This document shows, piece after piece, positions 46,021 to 55,890 of a DNA stretch of 64,000 nt. Made by a program: the position numbers and the translations under genes. Numbering within the stretch: the first letter of the stretch is position 1; every line of letters begins with the position of its first letter. Origin of the DNA: a virus; the IMG/VR virus record IMGVR_UViG_3300025655_000024, positions 1 through 64,000 of that record; one strand, 5' to 3'. The notes under the pieces were generated by a model. The model did not search any database. It was not told the DNA's origin and worked only from the letters and a program-made list of their open reading frames with translations.

Positions 46021-47614
46021 TTATGCTTTCTTGAAACGGCACGAGCAATTTGGACACTTCCGCCTCCAATTTTTGATGTTTCTGCGAAATATCAATGTTT
46101 TGTGTGCCTTCGGGGAACATGACGCTGTAATCATCGCTCATCAAAATATCCATGACGACCAATTTGGTGCAAGCCTCCTTGATGGACTTGTCCACATACC
46201 TGTTGCCGTAAATGTAAGCACAGCGTAGTGAGTGGTTCTCAAAGAAGGGATATTCGTTGTTGAAGGCAATCATGCCGTTCTCTTCAACAGACCACCATGA
46301 CTTTTGGCGTTCCTCATCGGTAATGTCGCACTTGAATGACACTTGATAGATAACATCACCCTCAGCGATGTTGCCGCCAAAGTCGTTTTGTTGATCGCTG
46401 ACAATGGTAAAGGTCGTGCCTGAAAGGGTGCAAAGAGCGATACGGTTGGTTGTTCCGCTTTTGATGAACACCAACGCATGGCTCTTGACGAAACCGCCCG
46501 CACTATCCACCGTGAACGAAGTGGCAGGTGAACCCGTCACGCTCGTCACCGTAGCGGTATGCTCGTTGTATTTGTTGCTGTCATAGGTGAGGGCAGTGTT
46601 GTGAGTCACGGCAATTGTAGCGTTTGCACCACCTTCGGTGCTACGCATGGATGAAATTTCCACTACACCGTCACCGTTGTCGCTGTTGGCAATAGCCAAG
46701 AATTCGTCATGGACATTCAACGCCGCGCTCGCACTCTCCCTATTCTCAACCGTTAGTGAGCCAATTTGAATTGCCGATTTATTGAATTCGGGGTCTTTGT
46801 TCACAAGCGCACCAATGTTCTCGGCAGCGGATTTGTGATCAAAATCCCCCCTCCATTTCGTCTGTGCATCCGAACCTTCGGTTAGCGTAGCCACACCGTT
46901 AGCACCGGGACACAGGAGGATGGATTCGCCTGACACGAGGGTGTGGTCGCTGACCTGCAACCCAATTCGTGCCGCCGCCATTTCACGATAATAGTCGCCC
47001 TGCCACGCACCCAATTTGAGAATGCGTTGAATGTTGCCGTTTTGTAGGAAAATAGCACCCACATAATCCGTGTAATATCGCCTTCGGTATGGCTTGAATG
47101 TAGTGAAATTTTGATATTCCTCAGCCACCAAGCGTGGTCGCCATGCGTTTCGTGTCACTTTGTCAATGTAGTCTTGACGAATGCGAATCAATTCTTCAAC
47201 ATGGCTCTTTTTGATGCCTCGCTCTTTGCTGTTTGTGATAGCCGACTGATGTTGAATGTAGGCGTTGTTGGCTGTGGTGAATGACTCAGCCCCCTTAGCC
47301 GTAGCGATGACATACACTTTGCCACCACTCCCCACCGAAGCGATTGAAGTCACGGTGTAGGTTTTGCCGAGAGCATCAGCATCGTCATAGACCAACACCG
47401 TGTCATTAGCGGAATAACCCCACCTGCGATAATCCACACCGCTGATAGGAAATTTGATGTTTGCACCGTCAATCACCGAATCATCGCTAAGTGCGGTTGG
47501 ATCGGGCAACGGCAATTGAAGAAAGTCAGCGACATGGGCTACGGTGGTATAGACCAAATCATCAGGATAAAGAGGGGCATCGGGGCGATGACCGGGTGAA
47601 AATGTGCGTGGCAT
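45998..47614 (-). CDS. Head-tail adaptor with inserted beta domains
   Basis: YTTVAHVADFL N-terminal motif, YID...WR, YIYG...IKEACTKLVVMDIL. Confidence 0.7.
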   Translation of the reverse strand: MPRTFSPGHRPDAPLYPDDLVYTTVAHVADFLQLPLPDPTALSDDSVIDGANIKFPISGVDYRRWGYSANDTVLVYDDADALGKTYTVTSIASVGSGGKVYVIATAKGAESFTTANNAYIQHQSAITNSKERGIKKSHVEELIRIRQDYIDKVTRNAWRPRLVAEEYQNFTTFKPYRRRYYTDYVGAIFLQNGNIQRILKLGAWQGDYYREMAAARIGLQVSDHTLVSGESILLCPGANGVATLTEGSDAQTKWRGDFDHKSAAENIGALVNKDPEFNKSAIQIGSLTVENRESASAALNVHDEFLAIANSDNGDGVVEISSMRSTEGGANATIAVTHNTALTYDSNKYNEHTATVTSVTGSPATSFTVDSAGGFVKSHALVFIKSGTTNRIALCTLSGTTFTIVSDQQNDFGGNIAEGDVIYQVSFKCDITDEERQKSWWSVEENGMIAFNNEYPFFENHSLRCAYIYGNRYVDKSIKEACTKLVVMDILMSDDYSVMFPEGTQNIDISQKHQKLEAEVSKLLVPFQESIIVAGMGG

Positions 47615-47624
47615 TGACTCTCAC

Positions 47625-47948
47625 CTAACCCATGATGTGACTACCCATGTTAAAGTGCATCGCATCCCCGCACACACCGCATTTGGGTGTCCAACAGAAA
47701 TAGAGTGTTCCGCACCCACGACATCGTGTGCCTGAGCCTATGTTTTGAATGTTTTTACGCTCGTTGCGTTTGATTTCCACCTTTTTGTTGGTGGAGAATT
47801 TCTCCATGTTTTTCTTGGAGAACAGGGATTCGCTTTCATCAAATGACGAACCCGAAGCATTGGCGATTTCAGCCATACGCAATTTGCGCCTTCGCTGAAT
47901 ATCAATTGAAGTGTCAAGGTCAATTTCTTGGACTTTCATTCGTGCCAT
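47625..47948 (-). CDS. Hypothetical protein with C-terminal Zn ribbon
   Basis: CRGC...CGVC. Confidence 0.7.
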   Translation of the reverse strand: MARMKVQEIDLDTSIDIQRRRKLRMAEIANASGSSFDESESLFSKKNMEKFSTNKKVEIKRNERKNIQNIGSGTRCRGCGTLYFCWTPKCGVCGDAMHFNMGSHIMG

Positions 47949-47974
47949 TTTGGTTCACCCCCGTTGGGCGAACC

Positions 47975-48328
47975 TCATGCACGAGTGCCTGTCACCGTAA
48001 TATACACCGTTTGATCGGACAAATCGGCTGTGTCGGAAACAGCACTAAGAGGGGCAAAAACATCAGCAGGGATAGGGGTTGATTGGTCGTCAGCGGGAAC
48101 GGACAATGCCTGATAAGCCAACAATTTTTTGTTGGTTCGGTCATATTTCCACACATAGCCACCACCATCGGAGTCAATGGTGACGGTTTCAATGACAGGG
48201 ACATATTGAGTTAGGTCAAGCGATTCGCCCGCAGCGAGCCACGAATCATCAGGAGTGATTTTGAGGGAAGCAGAAATCCTGCTTCCTGATACTTGATTAC
48301 GCCCTAATTGCACCACTGTCAAAGCCAT
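47975..48328 (-). CDS. Probable minor virion protein
   Basis: Beta-rich; YDRTNKKLLAY; TATA-like TTAAATAT (48357-48364) and GGTGAG SD upstream. Confidence 0.6.
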   Translation of the reverse strand: MALTVVQLGRNQVSGSRISASLKITPDDSWLAAGESLDLTQYVPVIETVTIDSDGGGYVWKYDRTNKKLLAYQALSVPADDQSTPIPADVFAPLSAVSDTADLSDQTVYITVTGTRA

Positions 48329-48372
48329 GTCGCTCACCCTTCCGTATTACTATGTCATATTTAACGATATTC

Positions 48373-48969
48373 TCAATTATAGACGATGACAACAAAAATT
48401 GAACCCGTGTCCGAAGCCCACGCTGTTCCTGTCGTCAATTTGATTTGCACTTTACCACAAACCATGCCTGTCCACGGTGCGACTTCATCAACCAATGTAG
48501 CCGTTCCTGCACTGCTGAGAGTCTTGGGGGCTTCGGGGGTGGATGAATGTCCACTCACACCTGCACGCACAACGAGAGCATTCGCTTGTTGCGCGGGTGC
48601 TGCCTGAATTGCCGCACCCTCAGCCGTTTGAAATTTGTAAGGGCGTGGGGAGGCGGTGGTGTAGTCAAGGTTGCTGATTTGCTCGTGATAGGATAGGGGT
48701 AAAGCCGATCCTGCACCGTCATCTAAATCAGCATAAAGCAATTGAAATGTCCCACCATGCACTTGGGTGTTGGTGTTGGTTGTCAATTTGCTACGGGTTG
48801 CGTCAAGGATAATGTTGTTCACTTGACCGTTGAGCAAAACATCAGCCGTCACCGTAGTGTTGCCTGACAAATCGTCTTGAGTGAATTCATAGACGAGGCG
48901 ATTGACACGAATGCGACCTGCGTATCGTGCTTCACCGTCATAGAGCGTGGCTTTGTGTTCAGCCATCAC
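48373..48969 (-). CDS. Probable minor virion protein
   Basis: Beta-rich, downstream of capsid genes. Confidence 0.55.
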   Translation of the reverse strand: MMAEHKATLYDGEARYAGRIRVNRLVYEFTQDDLSGNTTVTADVLLNGQVNNIILDATRSKLTTNTNTQVHGGTFQLLYADLDDGAGSALPLSYHEQISNLDYTTASPRPYKFQTAEGAAIQAAPAQQANALVVRAGVSGHSSTPEAPKTLSSAGTATLVDEVAPWTGMVCGKVQIKLTTGTAWASDTGSIFVVIVYN

Positions 48970-49391
48970 TCGTCACCCCCGCTTGATGCGGAGGCTCTAA
49001 CGGTTTCAATGATGGTGGATTTGTTTGCACGAGCGTCAATTTCAACGCCATTTGCTTCGCACCATTCAACCATTTTCGCCTTTGTCCATGTTTCGTCAAA
49101 GGACTCCGATTCTTCCGTGATTTGTGGTGCTTCTTCCACGACAGGCTCAGGGGTTGGCTCAATAGCCTCAACCATTTGCTTTGTCTTTTCAGCAACGACT
49201 TCTTCATCAAGACCTTTTACAGACCATTGAGGGAAATTGTCGCCCTTGAATCGTTCAGCCAAGTGGCGAGGGATGTCCTCACGAGTGCTTTGCCGACTGA
49301 AACCGTATGTCACTCCACCTTCGGTGAATTCCACATAGGGTCTGTCGCCCACATATTGAACGGTAATCGTCAAAAGACGACCCCCAATCAA
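48966..49391 (-). CDS. Protein with C-terminal HeH/LEM/Rho-N-like domain
   Basis: Pro/Glu linker then WTKAKMVEWCEANGVEIDARANKSTII. Confidence 0.65.
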   Translation of the reverse strand: MIGGRLLTITVQYVGDRPYVEFTEGGVTYGFSRQSTREDIPRHLAERFKGDNFPQWSVKGLDEEVVAEKTKQMVEAIEPTPEPVVEEAPQITEESESFDETWTKAKMVEWCEANGVEIDARANKSTIIETVRASASSGGDE

Positions 49392-49789
49392 GCGTAATAC
49401 AAAAGGGTCACTCGGTGGGTGTCGCCCGCTGTTCCTGATGCGGTGGTGAAAGCAACAGTGCTTCCTGATGCACGCACAAGCGTAGGCAATTCGTTGCCAC
49501 CGCTTCGGTTGGTGACACTCAGCACTTCAAGCACCGTTCCACCGTTTCCAAGACCCGTGATTGCCACAGGCGAGCCTTCATCGGAGTCAGCGTCAGCCAA
49601 ATCCACAACGGTTGCTGTGGATGCTGCCGTCACAACAACATCAACCACCATCAAGTGCAAAGCACCTGCGGCGGCGTTAGAACCGATTGGGGATTGAAGC
49701 CATGCGGTTGAGGTGTTGTCCGACCCCGACCACATTCGCTGATCCAATACTACTGCACTGCCCGTTCCTGTCAAATTCGTGTTTGCCAT
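49388..49789 (-). CDS. Probable capsid decoration/minor capsid protein
   Basis: A/S/T/G/V-rich; directly after the major capsid gene. Confidence 0.55.
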   Translation of the reverse strand: MANTNLTGTGSAVVLDQRMWSGSDNTSTAWLQSPIGSNAAAGALHLMVVDVVVTAASTATVVDLADADSDEGSPVAITGLGNGGTVLEVLSVTNRSGGNELPTLVRASGSTVAFTTASGTAGDTHRVTLLYYA

Positions 49790-49820
49790 GTGTATCTCTC
49801 CTTGTTTCTCCTATTTAACC

Positions 49821-50993
49821 TCAACTCAAGTCACGGATTTTACCGCTTGCCTTGAAGAAAGCACAAATCAATTCGCCCATCGTGTGAAACATTCCCATTT
49901 GTCCCAAGCGGTTGATACCGAATGGGTCGCCCGTTTCAATGCCACTCTCGTGGTAAAGGGTAGGCTTGGCGGTGGTGAACCACAGGTAGTCGGTGTCAAG
50001 GAAATAGAGGCGAGAAGAACCGCCCGTTTCCTTGTGAACATCTTTGGAGGGGATGATTGGGACACCGTTGTAGGTAGCGACCATGAAGCCACCCTGAATG
50101 CCCGGAACACCCTTCACACCATTGACACCCGGCACGACACGCTTCATTTCAACGAAGCGTTGTTGGGGTTGTAGCAATTGCTGAATGGTTTCAAGAGTGT
50201 CGTAGCCCGTAAGGATGACCTTTGGCTGACCACCTGCTTCCCACACTTGTCGGAACATTCCGTCAAGGATGTTCAGGGACAATGCACGCTCGGCACTTGA
50301 TGCACCTGCATCCACTTGAGCGTCATACCACTGAGCCGACCCTGCGGTTTGACCTGCACGAGTGAGCGAATAGATGTTGTGATCCGATTCAGCACTCACA
50401 TCGGAGAAGGTGTTGTAGTCCTCCACATAGGAATTGGAGGTGATACGGTCAAGGGACTCAAAGTCGTTTCCTGCGGTGGTATCAATGTCACTCAACAGCA
50501 TTTGGTTGATGTGTTCAGTGTGGTGCTTTGCCATTTCCATTTTGATGACAGCACGAGCATCACCAAGACCGTCATCCTTGTCAGCAAGGAACATGGCGGT
50601 TTCGGTGAGGTCAAAGGTGTGAGCCACAGTCTTTGGCTTGGTGCTGACCTCAGCGAAGGTTGGCTTGGTGGTTTCAGGGAGGGTTGCGTTCTCAGGAACA
50701 CCGCCACCCTTCGTGAAGTCGGGCTTGGCGGTGGTGACACGCCATCCACTCTTCTCCCAAGGCTTCTTGGGGAGAATGCTGAAAGCGTTGAATTCTTGGT
50801 TCAATTGCGACCAAACCTTGCGACCAAAAATCGCTTGGTAAGTGCCACTCGTTGAAGAGGCGAGAGGTGAATCGGCTTTCAAGAGGTCAGTGCCACTGTA
50901 AGCCCATGCGTTCTGTCCTGCACCTGCACCGTAATACAGGCGTTCCATGTCCTCAATTGTTCGGATATATCCTTGACTTCCACTCATTTTCAA
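49821..50993 (-). CDS. Major capsid protein (HK97 fold)
   Basis: 390 aa after protease; FSILPKKPWEKSGWRV, FESLDR, YNGVPIIPSKDV, LYFLDTDYL. Confidence 0.9.
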   Translation of the reverse strand: MKMSGSQGYIRTIEDMERLYYGAGAGQNAWAYSGTDLLKADSPLASSTSGTYQAIFGRKVWSQLNQEFNAFSILPKKPWEKSGWRVTTAKPDFTKGGGVPENATLPETTKPTFAEVSTKPKTVAHTFDLTETAMFLADKDDGLGDARAVIKMEMAKHHTEHINQMLLSDIDTTAGNDFESLDRITSNSYVEDYNTFSDVSAESDHNIYSLTRAGQTAGSAQWYDAQVDAGASSAERALSLNILDGMFRQVWEAGGQPKVILTGYDTLETIQQLLQPQQRFVEMKRVVPGVNGVKGVPGIQGGFMVATYNGVPIIPSKDVHKETGGSSRLYFLDTDYLWFTTAKPTLYHESGIETGDPFGINRLGQMGMFHTMGELICAFFKASGKIRDLS

Positions 50994-50998
50994 TCACC

Positions 50999-52327
50999 TC
51001 AAAGGTTTCCTCCAACCATTGAACGCTGGCCCAATTCTTCCAAAGCACGCCATGCGTCAAGTCCATTTCCAAGTGCTGCGTATTCCTCATGCGTTGGCAC
51101 TCGCACAGCGTTCTCGGAAGGCACAGGAACGGCTGACTTTTGGATTTCAGCGTTCTCAGTGCGGAGGGAGTCAATTTCAGCCTTCAGGGAGGCGATTTGG
51201 GAAGTGAAGTCTTTGGACTTGTGGATTTCCAATGCTCGTTGCGTTTCGGCTTCGTAGCGGTCATTCCACTCCTTCTCCACAAGGGACTTCACAGCCTCTT
51301 CGTCACGGATTGAGGCGTAGGCTCGGTAGCCACGCTCAAGGGACTCAGGGGAGAGGTCAGCACCCTTGATGACATTTCCACCCGTTGATTGTGGGTGTCG
51401 CATCTGTGGTGCGTTCTTGATGACATACTTGTTGGCACGAGCGTTGCCGAGAGCAGGTCGTGGGGCGAGGGTTGCATCCTCACCACTGCCGTAAAGGTCG
51501 CCTTGTCCTCGGTGGTTGAAACCATGTTCACCATCAACGCCCACCATGTAGGCTTTGCCGAGTCCAAAGTGATCTCGTAGGCCATCCAAATCAACACCTT
51601 GCTCGTGTGCGAATTTTTCAAGGGTGTCAATGTAGGCGACAGCCGATTGCTCGGCTTTGCCCAAGTCATCCTTTTCGCACTCGCACTCGGCCATGTTGCA
51701 TGAACCGCACACCTTTGCGCTCTTTTCCATTTCCAAGCCTTTGCTGATTCGGGCAAGGGCATCTCTTACTTCGGTCAAAACATTCGTTTCTTCGCTCATT
51801 TCGTTCACATCCATTTTCAATAGGGTGTATCGGGATTCAGGATTGATTCCCTTTTTGCACAGGGTAATTTCGTGCAATTCCATGTCCGTAATTTCCCTGT
51901 GGCTTCCATGTTCGGGAGTCGTCTTGTTCACTCGGAACAAGGCTTGTCCACCAATGGAGAATGCTCGCAATTCGCCGTTGCGAATTTGCTTTTGGACTTC
52001 ACGGGCTTTTTCAATGTCGTTTCGGATTTGGCAAACCACGAATAGCCCGTGATCATCCACTTCGGATTTCCAAACCCGCCCTTCACTATCAGTGTAGGAA
52101 GGAAGGACTTGACCCACTTGAATACCGCTGTGGGCCAATTGAACATTACGATAGGATGGGTTGCTCATAAAGCCCCCAAATGCCTTCTTCAATGCACTAA
52201 CGGGGATTCTGTCACCCTGCTTGTCCACCATATCAACGGAGGCATACCCGGCAATAACCAAGTCCCCATTGGAGTCGGACTTCAGGATGAAGTCTTGTCC
52301 AACAGCCGACCATGTTGCCGTGTTCAT
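50999..52327 (-). CDS. Prohead protease fused to scaffold-like domain
   Basis: IAGYASVDMVDKQGD, VQLAH, AFSIGG, LHEITL; C-terminal coiled coil. Confidence 0.9.
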   Translation of the reverse strand: MNTATWSAVGQDFILKSDSNGDLVIAGYASVDMVDKQGDRIPVSALKKAFGGFMSNPSYRNVQLAHSGIQVGQVLPSYTDSEGRVWKSEVDDHGLFVVCQIRNDIEKAREVQKQIRNGELRAFSIGGQALFRVNKTTPEHGSHREITDMELHEITLCKKGINPESRYTLLKMDVNEMSEETNVLTEVRDALARISKGLEMEKSAKVCGSCNMAECECEKDDLGKAEQSAVAYIDTLEKFAHEQGVDLDGLRDHFGLGKAYMVGVDGEHGFNHRGQGDLYGSGEDATLAPRPALGNARANKYVIKNAPQMRHPQSTGGNVIKGADLSPESLERGYRAYASIRDEEAVKSLVEKEWNDRYEAETQRALEIHKSKDFTSQIASLKAEIDSLRTENAEIQKSAVPVPSENAVRVPTHEEYAALGNGLDAWRALEELGQRSMVGGNL

Positions 52328-52371
52328 TAAACAGGGAAAATCGGGTTATCCTATATGAAGCGTTTGGTTGC
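52328..52371 (-). promoter_or_regulatory. Putative TATA promoter for a near-leaderless protease-capsid transcript
   Basis: TTCATATA (52352-52359, - strand) 24 nt upstream of the ATG; no SD. Confidence 0.45.
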
Positions 52372-55300
52372 TCACATAATAGGCATTTGTTCATCATCGC
52401 CTTCCTGTTCAACGATTACCTCTTTTTCTTCGGCCTGTTCCACATTCGTTTTGCGTGGCACTCTAAACACGGCACGACCACCTTCAATATCCAATTCGCC
52501 TTCAATTTCGTTGCCAACCTTATCCGTTCTCTTGACGGATATGTGCTTCGGCATATTCAACGGTGTTTCATCAGCCATTCCGTTAGGGTCAAACATGGGT
52601 ATGCCCTCGTCATCAACCAAAGAAGTCGGCCCTCGTGGTGAAGTCATCATATCCATTTCACCATCCCATCCGCCACCTGATAGTGAACCGCTAATTCTCG
52701 CAAGCGTTGTTCCCTGTTTGGTTTCAATGGTGTCATCATCAATTGCTTCATTGACCGACCATTCGCCTTCTTCTGTTCTTTCAAGGCCATATTCAGCACC
52801 ATATTGCTCAAGCATATTCTCCGTCAAGCCCTTGATTTTGTCAATAAGGCTCTCCGCTGAGAATGCTTTGTCAGCACTGATAATGTGTGATCGTGCGTGG
52901 CTCAATATGCTCGCCACCTTATCCTCTTCACCATTTGGCTCAACCAAAGTGGCTCGTGTGAATGTGAAGGTGTCCTTTGTCACGAATGGTGGTGGATAGA
53001 GGGATAACTCCCGCTGACCCATTTTTAGGAGGTGAACACCAACAGAACCCCAAACCCCAATCTGTTTTTCTGCGTGTCGTGCCAAAGGACTGTTTGGTTC
53101 AATGCTCATTACATTGAATGCGTTGCCATCCCACTCGCCTTTCACCACCAACGGTGAACGATGACCGGGATATTCCAACAGAATGTTTTCTCCATCGTTT
53201 GACACAAACGGCAGGGTTGTGCCTTTTGTCAAACCGTCTTGACTTGGAGTGTATAGCACCCACAAATGATGAGCCTCTTTGCCCTTAGCAAAGGTGGACT
53301 GTGCATCACGAATCCACAGGTCGCCACCAATCGCCTCACTATTTTTCAACAAACCCTCTTTGTCGGTAAATTTCGTATCAAGAGGCATAGGGAATGATAT
53401 GTTGTCATTCGTGTGATACATGGTGCGAAGGATTTGGAGTCTGTCCTCCAATGGATCCATGTGAATATCCTCGCCACGATGCACCAACAAATCCATAGCA
53501 CGCAGGTGCTTGCCCTTCAAGAAAGCATCAAACACAAAGTCGCCCATCTGTTCACGGACACCTTCTTTCACAATGTCAGGCAATTTGATTTCTTTGCCCT
53601 TCTTATCCTTAGCAGTGATTTTGCTGCCCTTCTTTTCAACAAACAAACGCTTCCCTTCGGGCTTCTTTTGAACGACCCAATCCCCTGAAAAGCCACGCAA
53701 TTCCTCAATGTCATCCAATTTATACACCGTGTGAGCAGGAACGAGTGGCGTTTCAAAAACACCTGTTGGTTCATAGTCATCGGCTTTGAACAAGTCACCG
53801 CTAATGACGGGAATGTGACCCATGTTGTTTGTGACATAAAGTGCAGGTGCATCCTTTTCCTTCGGTGCAATTGGGCGGTCAGCGTGAGTGGGGTCAATCA
53901 TCTGCAAATGACCTTCGTGGACTGTTTTTTGCAGGGAATCAAACGGCTTATCCTTGACTTCAAAGCGGATGCCGTTTGCGTCTTTATCCCACTTCCATGC
54001 CAATGTTGCGGGCATTTTGTGACCCCAAGCATCCATGTCACCACTCAAATATACAGGCGGAGTGGTGGCTTCACTTGTTGGGTGAACAGGCCCAACATTG
54101 ACTTCTTTTGGTGCTAACCCATCCCCAAGCACCATAGGTGCGAGCGTGCGAGTGTTCGGATTTGACCCACGCATCATGTAATAATTCGCTGCCTGAGCCA
54201 ATTGCTGAACATTCCCACGACTGATGGTATTCGCCAACACATTCTCATTTGGTGCATTGGTGCTGAATACATCCGAGCCATAGCGTTGCATGACTTCTTT
54301 TGCCATTTCTTGCATGACTTGACCCAAATTGGCATCCATTTTTTCATAGTGGTCGTTGTGATAAGTGTGATATTGTTCGTCACCGGGATGACGCTCTCGT
54401 GTTGGGCCGATGCGTGGCATACCCATGTCACTGTGGGATGAAATGATTCGCCCAAGTGGTTGTTGAGTGAGAGCCAACGAGGGAATAATCATCCGCTTGC
54501 CACTCCCTGCCACTTCGCTTGGGTGCAGGTGTTGTTGATTGGCAACGGTATTCCAAAGACCCCTTCGCCTGTTGAATGAACGCACACGGGGGTTCTCCGA
54601 TCCTGCCTCCCAACCACTCCCAATTGCTGATTTATGTGGATGGTTTTGCATAACAGGGTGATTGATGGTCTGTGGGAAAAATGACGAACCACTTCCGTGA
54701 AACGAATCGTCTTGGTCGTTTAGAGGATGGGTTCGGTCTGTCAAATATCCCATTAGTGCTTCACCAAGCCAACCCTCAAACGCTGCGGGATAGGATTGAG
54801 TGAGAGCCGACACCAACGAATTGGCATCACGCCCAACACCGCCCCAAAATTGATACGGACTCCAATAATGATGGGTGTGTGATGGTTCAATGCCACCTTC
54901 GTCATTCAACACAAACGGTGACTTAAAGTGATTCAAACCTTGACGAACAGGCTCAGGACTCACAGGCCCATGATGGTGTGAAGCCCGTTCCCACCATTTC
55001 GCAAGTGGAGTCATACGCTCAAACCAATTGCGCTTTGCACGATCCCATGATATTCCCGCATCGGCTTTGAAATTGTTGGCAATACGCCTTGCTTCAGGGC
55101 TTTCTTCACCTTCTGTTTGCCCCATTTTCTTGAGCAATTCCATGAAAGCGTGCCGTTGCTCAGGGGTTTGCCACTCAGTCCCAAACAGGTATGAAAGCAA
55201 ACCAAGACGGCTTGTGTTTTTCGCCATCATCCCCCCTTTCTGTTGAACATTTGCACCCCATTGGCGTGCCTTCATTTCACGATATTCCTCATCGCTCAAA

Positions 55301-55881
55301 AACGAATTGCGGTCATTACGGTCTTGTTGATACAAGTCCATCATGCTCTCGCTTGGGCGACCAAGCAAATCCTCGTATTCAAAGGGAACAATATCACGCC
55401 TCTCCATTTCTTGCATGGTGTGAAGCATATTGTGTCCATCCTCATCCTCTTTGATCATTTCAAACAAATGCTCAATGAAATGAGGGTCGCCCCATTGTGA
55501 ACCATGTAGCAAAGGCATTACACAGTTATCCCAAGACAACGGGTGGCGTTTGCCAAATGGATTTTCCTCATGTGCTTTCGGCCAATCCTCAGCGTAATTC
55601 GTGCTAAATCGCCGTTGTCCTGCAACATAATCGTCATACCCATCGGGCAAATTGAGGTTTGAAAGAATGCTTGGTTTATCCAAATCCTGCATTCGGTATG
55701 GCGGTTGTTCCATAGCCATTGGCATCATAGCCATGAGTGCGGAATCCTCCTTCTCAATGGCTTTACCGTCAGCATAGAATTCCTCACACGCTTTGAGGTA
55801 AAGCGTGGAGTCAAAATTAGGGTTGGTGTGAAAAGAAACCAAAGCATCGGTTCGGATGCGAATGAATTCTTCACGGTTCAC
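52372..55881 (-). CDS. 1169-aa head-module protein containing an ATP-dependent ligase-like domain
   Basis: WVVQKKPEGKRLFVEKKG (motif I-like), FVFDA, MDLLVHRGEDI...LEDRLQIL. Confidence 0.75.
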   Translation of the reverse strand: MNREEFIRIRTDALVSFHTNPNFDSTLYLKACEEFYADGKAIEKEDSALMAMMPMAMEQPPYRMQDLDKPSILSNLNLPDGYDDYVAGQRRFSTNYAEDWPKAHEENPFGKRHPLSWDNCVMPLLHGSQWGDPHFIEHLFEMIKEDEDGHNMLHTMQEMERRDIVPFEYEDLLGRPSESMMDLYQQDRNDRNSFLSDEEYREMKARQWGANVQQKGGMMAKNTSRLGLLSYLFGTEWQTPEQRHAFMELLKKMGQTEGEESPEARRIANNFKADAGISWDRAKRNWFERMTPLAKWWERASHHHGPVSPEPVRQGLNHFKSPFVLNDEGGIEPSHTHHYWSPYQFWGGVGRDANSLVSALTQSYPAAFEGWLGEALMGYLTDRTHPLNDQDDSFHGSGSSFFPQTINHPVMQNHPHKSAIGSGWEAGSENPRVRSFNRRRGLWNTVANQQHLHPSEVAGSGKRMIIPSLALTQQPLGRIISSHSDMGMPRIGPTRERHPGDEQYHTYHNDHYEKMDANLGQVMQEMAKEVMQRYGSDVFSTNAPNENVLANTISRGNVQQLAQAANYYMMRGSNPNTRTLAPMVLGDGLAPKEVNVGPVHPTSEATTPPVYLSGDMDAWGHKMPATLAWKWDKDANGIRFEVKDKPFDSLQKTVHEGHLQMIDPTHADRPIAPKEKDAPALYVTNNMGHIPVISGDLFKADDYEPTGVFETPLVPAHTVYKLDDIEELRGFSGDWVVQKKPEGKRLFVEKKGSKITAKDKKGKEIKLPDIVKEGVREQMGDFVFDAFLKGKHLRAMDLLVHRGEDIHMDPLEDRLQILRTMYHTNDNISFPMPLDTKFTDKEGLLKNSEAIGGDLWIRDAQSTFAKGKEAHHLWVLYTPSQDGLTKGTTLPFVSNDGENILLEYPGHRSPLVVKGEWDGNAFNVMSIEPNSPLARHAEKQIGVWGSVGVHLLKMGQRELSLYPPPFVTKDTFTFTRATLVEPNGEEDKVASILSHARSHIISADKAFSAESLIDKIKGLTENMLEQYGAEYGLERTEEGEWSVNEAIDDDTIETKQGTTLARISGSLSGGGWDGEMDMMTSPRGPTSLVDDEGIPMFDPNGMADETPLNMPKHISVKRTDKVGNEIEGELDIEGGRAVFRVPRKTNVEQAEEKEVIVEQEGDDEQMPIM

Positions 55882-55890
55882 GGTATCACC

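Noticed and set aside
52355-52999. Long antisense ORFs (e.g. 214 aa here, 198 aa at 6420-7016, 179 aa at 50316-50855)
   Set aside because: They shadow well-supported genes, have no recognisable motifs or SD, and are expected from low stop-codon frequency on the opposite strand
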